Below, one piece after another: positions 1 to 7,054 of a DNA stretch of 64,000 nt. The notes beneath the pieces are model-generated. The model searched no databases, was not told where the DNA came from, and was given only the letters and a program-made list of their open reading frames with translations. A program made the position numbers and the translations under genes. Origin of the DNA: Pseudomonadota bacterium (GTDB lineage: Bacteria; Pseudomonadota; Alphaproteobacteria; Rickettsiales; RGZB01). The DNA lies in NCBI GenBank assembly GCA_010031735.1, contig RGZB01000001.1:86411-150410 (forward strand), in the 5' to 3' direction. Each line of letters starts with the position of its first letter. The first letter of the stretch is position 1.

Positions 1-1889
1 TCAAACTCAAGGAGCCAGCGACCTGCAAAGCACTTGTAGAACTTGCAGCACTTGGCCATATCACCGCTAAAGCACGCGATGAATTAATCGCGGCCTATGA
101 ATTCTACCGTACGGTTGAACACCGCCTGCAGATGGTGGCGGACGAGCAAACACACAGCCTGCCACAGACAGCGGAAGAAATGACGTCGTTTGCGATCTTC
201 CTGGGCTTTGAGAACGCCGAAAAGTTCATCGGCTCATTGACCGACCACATCACCAAAGTGCAGGGTCATTACCGTAAACTCTTCGATACCGCGCCCTCGC
301 TCGCGGGTGATGATCTTGGTATCCCTGGAAGCCTGGTGTTTACGGGTATCGAGAACGATCCTGAAACACTCGAGACCCTTACCAAGATGGGCTATTCCAC
401 CCCGGATGTAATCTCGGAGATCGTGCGCGGTTGGCACCATGGCCGCCGCCCGATCACGACCACCAAACGCGCCCGCGAGATATTGACCGAGTTGATGCCA
501 GTACTCCTCCTCGCCTTCTCGAAAACGGCCTATCCCGATACCGCCCTTGCGCGCTTTGATGAATTCATCGGTAGGCTGCCAAAGGAAAACCCGATCTTCT
601 CGCTGTTCTACGCGCAACCGCAGGTGCTTGTCCTGCTCGCAGACATCCTGGGCGATTATCCCTATTTTGCCGAGAACCTCAGTCGCAAACCTGCATTACT
701 CGATTACGTACTTTCACAGGAATTCTACAGCGCCCTGCCGGATATGGATGTGCTGAAGGATGACTTGAAAGCTGCGCTCAAGGAAGCGCGCAACTACGGT
801 GAAACACTGGATATCTGCCGTGCGTGGACACACGACCGTCAGTTCCGCGTGGCTATCCAGATGGTGAAGGAACAGATCACGCCCGAGCTTGCGAACACAC
901 AGCTTTCGAACATTGCCGAGGTGTCGCTTACCGTTTGCCTCAAAGCCGTGATGAAAGATTTTGCCAAACTCCATGGCAAGGTCTCAAGCGACACGTTCGC
1001 GATCATCGCAATGGGCAAACTCGGCAGCCGTGAGCTCACCTTTGCTTCCGACCTCGATATCGTCTTCGTCTACGACCCCTCGGGATTCCCAGAAGATGCG
1101 ACGCTTTCCGCCAACGAATATTATGCGCGGCTCAGCCGTAAATTCATCGCAGCACTCACTTCACTGACGCAAGAAGGTTCACTCTACGAGGTGGACACAC
1201 GCCTGCGCCCTTCGGGCAAGGATGGCCCTGTTGCCTCGAGCATCGAATCCTACGGTTCGTATTACCGCAAGAACCTCGCTGACGATGCCACACAGAACAC
1301 GGCATGGGATTGGGAATATATGGCGCTTACCCGCGCCCGTGTTATTTACGGTGGCGCGGCACTCAAAAAAGAAATCGAGAACATTATCCGTGACCGTATC
1401 CAGATGAAGTGGGAAAAGCCCAAATTGGCACGCCGCATATGCGATATCCGTGAGCAGATGTTCGAGGAGTTCGGCAACACCAACCCGCTCAATATCAAAC
1501 ATGTGCGCGGTGGGCTGGTTGATATCGAATTCATCAACCAATACCTGAAACTCGTCTATGCGGCAGAACATCCGGAGATACTGGAAAGCAATACACGTGC
1601 GAGCTTTGGCCGGATGTATGAAGCAGGCCTTATCGCCGGCAAGGATTTCGAAGTGCTCGACCAATCCATCCATCTCTTCCAAAGCACCCAGACTATCTTA
1701 CGCTTAATGGGCAATAAGAATCCAGAGGAAGAAACCCTTACCCCTGGTATGAAAGACACGATTGCAAAGGCGATTCCTTCGAAAAACTATGAAGAAATCA
1801 AGAAAACGCTTGAGAACAGCCAGAAAAAGGTGCAAAACCTGTTCGACCGGATTATAATCGCCGTAGCCGGTAAAGCAGGAGAGACTTAA
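1..1889 (+). CDS. glnE: glutamine synthetase adenylyltransferase/adenylyl-removing enzyme, C-terminal portion (5' end outside window)
   Basis: ORF 132-1889 stays open in the same frame back to nt 3 (..YEFYRTVEHRLQMVADEQTH..). Nucleotidyltransferase block GKLGSRELTFASDLDIVFVY. Confidence 0.9.
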   Translation, partial: KLKEPATCKALVELAALGHITAKARDELIAAYEFYRTVEHRLQMVADEQTHSLPQTAEEMTSFAIFLGFENAEKFIGSLTDHITKVQGHYRKLFDTAPSLAGDDLGIPGSLVFTGIENDPETLETLTKMGYSTPDVISEIVRGWHHGRRPITTTKRAREILTELMPVLLLAFSKTAYPDTALARFDEFIGRLPKENPIFSLFYAQPQVLVLLADILGDYPYFAENLSRKPALLDYVLSQEFYSALPDMDVLKDDLKAALKEARNYGETLDICRAWTHDRQFRVAIQMVKEQITPELANTQLSNIAEVSLTVCLKAVMKDFAKLHGKVSSDTFAIIAMGKLGSRELTFASDLDIVFVYDPSGFPEDATLSANEYYARLSRKFIAALTSLTQEGSLYEVDTRLRPSGKDGPVASSIESYGSYYRKNLADDATQNTAWDWEYMALTRARVIYGGAALKKEIENIIRDRIQMKWEKPKLARRICDIREQMFEEFGNTNPLNIKHVRGGLVDIEFINQYLKLVYAAEHPEILESNTRASFGRMYEAGLIAGKDFEVLDQSIHLFQSTQTILRLMGNKNPEEETLTPGMKDTIAKAIPSKNYEEIKKTLENSQKKVQNLFDRIIIAVAGKAGET

Positions 1890-2384
1890 ATGACCAAAGC
1901 CGTTCGCAATCAGGCACGTTTACTCGAAGAAGGCGATTTTGCTCCTGATTTTACGCTAGATACCGACGAAGGCACGAAGATCACCCTCTCCAAACTCCGC
2001 GGCCAGAACGTAGTCCTCTATTTCTATCCCAAAGACGATACACCTGGCTGCACCTTGGAAGCGAAAGACTTCACCACGCTGCACCGCGATTTCGAACGTT
2101 TCGAGACGGTCATCATCGGCTTATCCAAAGACGATGTGGAGAGCCACAAGAAGTTCAAAGAAAAATACTGTATGCCCTTCACGCTTGCGTCCGATATGGA
2201 AGGCACGGTGCTTGAAGCCTATAATGTATGGGTCGAGAAAAGCATGTACGGTAAATCCTACATGGGCATCCAGCGCGATACCTATCTGATCGACAAAAAG
2301 GGTGTCATCCAGAAGATATGGCGCAAAGTGAAAGTAGAAGGCCACGCACAGGAAGTATTCGATGCGGTTACCGAAATTGCATAA
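1890..2384 (+). CDS. bcp: thiol peroxidase / peroxiredoxin Bcp
   Basis: 164 aa with [15 protein letters not shown] peroxiredoxin active-site motif. Confidence 0.9.
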   Translation: MTKAVRNQARLLEEGDFAPDFTLDTDEGTKITLSKLRGQNVVLYFYPKDDTPGCTLEAKDFTTLHRDFERFETVIIGLSKDDVESHKKFKEKYCMPFTLASDMEGTVLEAYNVWVEKSMYGKSYMGIQRDTYLIDKKGVIQKIWRKVKVEGHAQEVFDAVTEIA

Positions 2385-3354
2385 GGGCCGGATTGCCCCT
2401 ACTCTCGAGCGCCCCGGTGCTGGCGTTCAATCCTCATTCCCCCATAAACATCTCCTCGCGATCAGCGATCTCTCGGTGAAAGATATCGAGCAGATTCTTG
2501 CGCTCTCCGAAACCTACGTACAGACCAATCGCTCGAACAATAAGAAGAACCCGATCCTTAAAGGACAGACGCTCATCAATCTATTCTTCGAGAACTCCAC
2601 GCGCACGCGCACCTCGTTCGAACTCGCAGGCAAGCGCATGGGTGTCGATGTCATCAATATGAATGTCGAGAGTTCCTCCACGGCAAAAGGGGAAACATTG
2701 CTCGATACTGCTATGACCCTTAATGCCATGCATCCGGATTTCATCACCGTTCGCCACGCAGAAAGTGGTGCCGTACAACTGCTCTCACAAAAAGTGAAAT
2801 GTGCGGTGATCAACGCGGGCGATGGCTGGCATGAACATCCGACACAAGCATTGCTTGACGCACTCACCATCCAGAAGCGCCGTGGCAAGATCAAAGGCCT
2901 TACGGTCGCGATCTGCGGCGATATTCTGCATAGTCGTGTAGCACGTTCTAATATCGCACTACTCAACAAAATGGGCGCACGTGTGCGTGTGGTTGCACCG
3001 CCGACCTTGATGCCGCTCTATGTCGAAACGCTCGGTGTCGAGCCGTTCTACGAAATGGAGAGAGGCCTGAAGAATGTCGATGTGGTGATGATGCTCCGAC
3101 TTCAAAAGGAGCGTATGACAGGGAATTATATCTCTTCCACCAGCGAATATTTCCACTTCTACGGACTCGATCGCACCAAACTCTCGGTTGCGAAAGACGA
3201 TGTCTTCGTGATGCACCCGGGCCCGATGAACCGTGGTGTAGAGATCGATAGCGAGCTCGCCGATGATATCAACCGCAGCGTCATACTCGACCAGGTCGAG
3301 ATGGGTGTCGCGGTGCGTCAAGCGGTGCTCGAACTCCTCGCCCATAAATCCTAG
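2362..3354 (+). CDS. pyrB: aspartate carbamoyltransferase catalytic subunit
   Basis: [14 protein letters not shown] and HPTQALLD motifs, 330 aa. The ATG overlaps bcp by 23 nt, so the exact start is uncertain. Confidence 0.9.
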   Translation: MRLPKLHKGRIAPTLERPGAGVQSSFPHKHLLAISDLSVKDIEQILALSETYVQTNRSNNKKNPILKGQTLINLFFENSTRTRTSFELAGKRMGVDVINMNVESSSTAKGETLLDTAMTLNAMHPDFITVRHAESGAVQLLSQKVKCAVINAGDGWHEHPTQALLDALTIQKRRGKIKGLTVAICGDILHSRVARSNIALLNKMGARVRVVAPPTLMPLYVETLGVEPFYEMERGLKNVDVVMMLRLQKERMTGNYISSTSEYFHFYGLDRTKLSVAKDDVFVMHPGPMNRGVEIDSELADDINRSVILDQVEMGVAVRQAVLELLAHKS

Positions 3355-3374
3355 ATTACTACCTCAGAAACACC

Positions 3375-3408
3375 AAACCCGACCGCCCCTCATGGGACGG
3401 CCGGGTTT
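3375..3408. terminator. bidirectional hairpin terminator shared by pyrB (+) and cassette C1 (-)
   Basis: AAACCCGaCCGcCCC-tcat-GGGaCGGcCGGGTTT. On the minus-sense RNA it is followed by GGUGUUUCUGAGG, the conserved cassette tail. Confidence 0.6.
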
Positions 3409-3448
3409 GAAATGTACCAATTACCCCTACACTAACTAACAGGTCTGC

Positions 3449-3703
3449 TCAGCCCATGTTGGCTTGGGTGAGGGTTTCGACGATGAGCCTCATCATGATG
3501 GCGGGAATCGGGGTCTCGCACTGCACAGCCCCCTGCGTCCCGTCGAACTTGCTGACCGGGAACTGCATCTTCTCGCCCTTCTCCATCACCATCGAGCCGA
3601 CCTTGATGTCTTCGAGCGCTTCGATCTCGACTGACCCGGAAACGAGTTGGATCTTGAACGGGAGTGCGACTTCGACATGGATCACGAACGTTTGCGTAGC
3701 CAC
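3449..3703 (-). CDS. hypothetical small protein, GC3-rich cassette C1 (family A, paralog of 11787-12161)
   Basis: 84 aa, GTG start preceded by GAGGG. Nearly all codons end in G/C. N-terminus ..FVIHVEVALPFKIQLVSGSV.. resembles ..IYTIEVELPFDLTVSRSTV.. of C6. Confidence 0.65.
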   Translation of the reverse strand: MATQTFVIHVEVALPFKIQLVSGSVEIEALEDIKVGSMVMEKGEKMQFPVSKFDGTQGAVQCETPIPAIMMRLIVETLTQANMG

Positions 3704-3741
3704 GACAGTACCCTCGGAGTTTGGTCGTGATGCGCGAAGAC

Positions 3742-3764
3742 GAATCCCGCAGGATTGTTCCTTG
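3742..3764 (-). promoter_or_regulatory. conserved leader RNA hairpin (CAAGGAAC-AAUCC-UGCG-GGAUU) in C1 5' leader
   Basis: Same motif in the C6 leader (12210-12234). Two stem positions differ by compensatory changes (A-U/A-U versus G-C/U-A). Confidence 0.45.
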
Positions 3765-3869
3765 TCTTGGCATCACACTTTCGGATGAGTGAATATCCTT
3801 TTCACTCTACGTGCATAGGCATGCATGGTTGGACGCCATGGATACTTTACGCACGAGTTAGTTGTATCC

Positions 3870-3901
3870 ACTATAGCAGAAACAGGTGAATAACTGGTTA
3901 A
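3870..3901 (-). promoter_or_regulatory. putative promoter of C1: TTAACC-N20-TATAGT
   Basis: Gene-sense TTAACCagttattcacctgtttctgcTATAGT, directly abutting the terminator tail of C2. Confidence 0.45.
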
Positions 3902-3914
3902 TACCCCCCTAAAA

Positions 3915-3958
3915 ACACGAAAACCTTCCACCCCAGCTAGGGTGGAAGGTTCGCGTGT
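3915..3958 (-). terminator. intrinsic terminator of cassette C2 (conserved module)
   Basis: Gene-sense ACACGCGAACCTTCCACCC-tagctg-GGGTGGAAGGTTTTCGTGT + TTTTAGGGG. 19-bp stem with 1 mismatch. The stem is nearly identical to 10068-10115. Confidence 0.75.
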
Positions 3959-3988
3959 GTCCCGGTTTACGCTCCGGAACTAATCTCC

Positions 3989-4336
3989 TCAGTCGTCGAA
4001 CGGATCCGCGATGTCGAGGCCCGCACGTGCGGCCTCGTCCTCGAGCAGCATGTCGCCGTAGGCCTCGCCGTAGGGCTTCGGCTCGACCAGCTTGATCTCC
4101 ATGAACGGCACCATCTTCCAGTCCTGAGACGCGTTCTGCCGCATCATGATGTCGTAGGTCCGGTTGTACTCGATCTGGACGGGCTTGCCCTTGGACAGCT
4201 CGAACGGCGTCGCCTCGAGGTCTTCCAGCAGTGAGATGCGTAATGCGACTTGCACTTCGCCCTGCTTGTTTTCTGCCGTGGGGAACTCGCCGACGCTTGC
4301 AACGAACCTAATCCCGAACAGGGTGAACGAAAACAT
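3989..4336 (-). CDS. hypothetical small protein, GC3-rich cassette C2
   Basis: 115 aa, ATG with GGAG upstream, strongly G/C-ending codons, acidic C-terminus ..LDIADPFDD. Confidence 0.7.
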   Translation of the reverse strand: MFSFTLFGIRFVASVGEFPTAENKQGEVQVALRISLLEDLEATPFELSKGKPVQIEYNRTYDIMMRQNASQDWKMVPFMEIKLVEPKPYGEAYGDMLLEDEAARAGLDIADPFDD

Positions 4337-4504
4337 GACCCGAACTCCGAATGTGGGGATTGCAGACGAATCACACCATCCTTGGGGTGATTCGCACTGC
4401 GGGGTGGGGTACTAAGGAACATCCTTGCACCTTACTTGCTTTCCATGTGTGGGGTGATTTTTAAAACCGCACCGCACATTTCCAGACAAGAACCAACTGT
4501 CCCC

Positions 4505-4536
4505 ATGGTATCAAACCCATGTTAACAAAATCTTAA
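4505..4536 (-). promoter_or_regulatory. putative promoter of C2 with perfect TTAA-N7-TTAAC box
   Basis: Gene-sense TTAAgattttgTTAAC (4536->4521). The first half-site TTAAGA lies N20 from TACCAT. Confidence 0.45.
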
Positions 4537-4573
4537 ATTTGTAATTTTTGATGTAGATTTTTAGTTTATACGA

Positions 4574-4608
4574 GAGCCCTCCCCCACCCGACGGGTGGAG
4601 GAAGGCTC
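4574..4608 (-). terminator. intrinsic terminator of cassette C3
   Basis: Gene-sense GAGCCTTCCTCCACCC-gtcg-GGTGGGGGAGGGCTC followed by TCGTATAAAC. Confidence 0.65.
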
Positions 4609-4651
4609 GCGCTTCTGGCTTTACGTTAGGTGCCAGGAACCTCTATCACAC

Positions 4652-4945
4652 TCAGCTCTGGCTGGCGCGCTCCTGCGCGGCGAACTCCGCCGCGTGCTCG
4701 CTGACGCTCTCGACCTCTTCGTCGGCCGGGAGCGGGAAGGCCGGGGCCCACTCTTCCGGGTCCCCGAGCCAGCTGCCACCGGAGTGGCCGTTGTGCTCGT
4801 GGTCCCAGCGGGCCTTCTGGTTGGTGAACTCCGCCTCGAACTTCGGCAGGTCGGCGATCGGGGCCTCGATCTTGTACGGGGCCTTGGCCAACAGCACCCA
4901 CACGTTGACCTTCTCGCCCTTGACCACGATGTGTTGGATCTTCAT
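4652..4945 (-). CDS. hypothetical small protein, GC3-rich cassette C3
   Basis: 97 aa. By hand count 93 of 97 sense codons end in G/C (Lys AAG, Glu GAG). Two other long ORFs over the same DNA are R/G/P-rich shadow frames. Confidence 0.75.
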   Translation of the reverse strand: MKIQHIVVKGEKVNVWVLLAKAPYKIEAPIADLPKFEAEFTNQKARWDHEHNGHSGGSWLGDPEEWAPAFPLPADEEVESVSEHAAEFAAQERASQS

Positions 4946-5136
4946 CGGAACCTGAGCCTCGAACTGGTGTGATGCGCAGCATGACTCCCCCGTTTTACAA
5001 ACACGGTTGGAGTCTTACTGCACGCGGTAGTCACGAAAGCGCCGTTGCTCCCGTGACGTGTACTTTGCCCGACGATCCTCTGCTGCACCGGTGTTGGTTG
5101 TGGTGCTGGCGGAGAATACTGATGTCGGACTAGATC

Positions 5137-5168
5137 AAACTATCTCTAGGATAGCAAATAATGGTTAA
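5137..5168 (-). promoter_or_regulatory. putative promoter of C3: TTAACCAT..-N20-TAGTTT
   Basis: Gene-sense TTAACCATtatttgctatcctagagaTAGTTT. Exact TTAACCAT 8-mer. Confidence 0.45.
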
Positions 5169-5196
5169 TTTTTTATTAGCGTTGCACACTTTTTAT

Positions 5197-5228
5197 TTAA
5201 CCATTTATTAAGCATTTAGACATATAAT
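5197..5228 (+). promoter_or_regulatory. putative promoter of the 515-aa P-loop gene: TTAACCAT..-N20-TATAAT
   Basis: TTAACCatttattaagcatttagacaTATAAT, then a 25-nt leader with TAAGGA before the ATG at 5254. Divergent from the C3 promoter. Confidence 0.55.
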
Positions 5229-5253
5229 AGCGTATTGATAAGTAAGGATTTTC

Positions 5254-6801
5254 ATGCGCCCGATTTACGAGCCATCAACCGACCTACTCTATTCCGGCCA
5301 TTTTGAGCGGGCGGATCTGGTCGCGCTCGGGAATGCGCTTGGGGTCAGCAACATCAAAGTCATCACCCAGGCAACGCTTGAACCGGACCGGGTATTCTAT
5401 CACGCGTGCATCAATCGGGTGCTCATCAACGTCAAACTGAAGCATCTGGATGAAAGCGAACGTTCGGTTGAAATCGCAGATCTTGCAGAGCGCGTTTACC
5501 GTGACAGGCAGCCGCTTTTTTTCTCTGAATTGTTGAAAAGAGATACCGAGTTAAGAACAAAATTGAATGGCATCGATGTGTTCTGTAATACGCTTGATCA
5601 GATGGCGCCCGACCCATGGGATAAAGCTGCGTTCGACCAACTGTGTGGTGCAGAAAAGGTGCCACAGCGCTGGCAACAGAAAGCCATCGAAACCTACCGC
5701 ACCATCCGTGAACGCATCGCGACAGGAGAATATACTCCGCGGGAGGAAGAAGATGCCCTCTCGCTTACCATCTATTGGGCGCAGCGAAACGTTGAATATA
5801 AACACTACAGGACCATCGCGCGTGAAGCGGTGGAATCTTATCTGGAGAAAACCATCGGTAAAGAAGAGCGTCTTGCCGTACAGCCCGCCAAGGGTCGCAT
5901 CACCACCATGGTCATCGGCGGGTATGGCAGCGGCAAAAGCACCATCTCCAACTGGCTACTCGCACAGATGGGAGATGAAGAGCGTCAGAATACAGGCATC
6001 CATGATGCGGATACCGCGAAGATTGCACTTCTGAGAAAAGCCATCCTGGATAGAATATTGCCTCCTGATCATCCGACCACGGGTTTCGCCGTGCAGAACG
6101 AATCCTCCAATATCAATTACGAAATCACGAGAGAGAGGGCATATCTTGCCGAACATGCTGGCTTTGTGCCCAGGGTCATTATCAATAGCCCGATCTTAGG
6201 TACAACCGAAATGAATGAGGCCCTTGCAGGTGGTGGCAAATTGGTGGGACACCATCTCTTCATGACTATCCCGGAGGCGGTTGGCGAATCCAAACTCCGC
6301 GCAGCACGCATCGGACGTATGCCAGAGGAAGCGGATATCCACTGGTCTACCGTCGCTTCAGCGAAAAGTATCCTAGGCCTTACGGATAGCACGTATCGTG
6401 GCAAAGAGATCACCCTGCATCTCTACAACCGTGAACAGCAGAAAGCACCTAAGCATTATGGCGTGATCGATGTCGCAAATGCCGTCTTTTACATCCATGA
6501 CCTGAATGCTTTAGCCAGCACTGCAGAGATGACGGATGAATCCATCTCGCGTCCGGAGGCACTTCATCGTTTCCTTAAAAAATTCAATGACGCAGGTTTC
6601 ACTATCGCCCTTGCCAAGGCAGAGGAACTCGACAATCCCGTCGCTGTAATTAAGGCGGATAAGAAACTTGAAATCGCGAACCGTGCTGACTTTGTTGCTT
6701 ACGGCGATTTGCGCGCTGAAGTGACTAAGCTTTCTGCCCATACACAATTCAGTGATATCGTGCTGAACCAACCGAAGCCGACAGGCGCGATAAGGATGTA
6801 A
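5254..6801 (+). CDS. hypothetical P-loop NTPase/kinase (zeta-toxin-like Walker A)
   Basis: 515 aa. Walker A MVIGGYGSGKST near residue 220. No other family assignment possible by eye. Confidence 0.7.
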   Translation: MRPIYEPSTDLLYSGHFERADLVALGNALGVSNIKVITQATLEPDRVFYHACINRVLINVKLKHLDESERSVEIADLAERVYRDRQPLFFSELLKRDTELRTKLNGIDVFCNTLDQMAPDPWDKAAFDQLCGAEKVPQRWQQKAIETYRTIRERIATGEYTPREEEDALSLTIYWAQRNVEYKHYRTIAREAVESYLEKTIGKEERLAVQPAKGRITTMVIGGYGSGKSTISNWLLAQMGDEERQNTGIHDADTAKIALLRKAILDRILPPDHPTTGFAVQNESSNINYEITRERAYLAEHAGFVPRVIINSPILGTTEMNEALAGGGKLVGHHLFMTIPEAVGESKLRAARIGRMPEEADIHWSTVASAKSILGLTDSTYRGKEITLHLYNREQQKAPKHYGVIDVANAVFYIHDLNALASTAEMTDESISRPEALHRFLKKFNDAGFTIALAKAEELDNPVAVIKADKKLEIANRADFVAYGDLRAEVTKLSAHTQFSDIVLNQPKPTGAIRM

Positions 6802-6803
6802 GT

Positions 6804-6953
6804 ATGAAAACACCCCCTCTCAATGACCAGCTCATGGATACCAAACTGGATATCAAGGATGATGAGTTTGCCCGCATCGCCGAGAAGACCACTGCTGATA
6901 AGGCGAAAATGGAAGCCTTGATGCGGAAGATATCCGAGCAGGATACCAAGTAA
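6804..6953 (+). CDS. hypothetical 49-aa acidic/coiled-coil-like protein, probably co-transcribed with 5254-6801
   Basis: ATG lies 2 nt after the upstream stop, with AAGGA about 10 nt upstream. MKTPPLNDQLMDTKLDIKDDEFARIAEKTTADKAKMEALMRKISEQDTK. Below the ORF-track length cutoff. Confidence 0.4.
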   Translation: MKTPPLNDQLMDTKLDIKDDEFARIAEKTTADKAKMEALMRKISEQDTK

Positions 6954-7054
6954 GGTGCTCGGTTGGCACAAGCCAGCCAATAATCTCCGCTTTTAGGCAA
7001 AAATACTTGATTTTACGCCCTCTGCTGGTTACACCAAGAGTAACCGAGGGGAAC

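Noticed and set aside
3905-3915. TTTTTAGGG / TTTTAGGG cassette tails resemble plant/algal telomere repeat units
   Set aside because: These are single copies at the 3' side of terminator stems, never tandemly repeated. The resemblance is coincidental to a U-tract followed by GGG.
4595-4982. Alternative long ORFs over cassette C3 (4595-4972 plus strand, 4626-4982 minus strand); similar cases at 10129-10344, 10341-10538, 10460-10759, 11023-11529, 11568-12287, 12606-12866, 12740-13276, 63601-63903 and 63605-63907
   Set aside because: They are Arg/Gly/Pro/Ala-rich products typical of off-frame reading of high-GC coding DNA. Only one frame per cassette shows G/C at nearly every third position together with a plausible SD and start.
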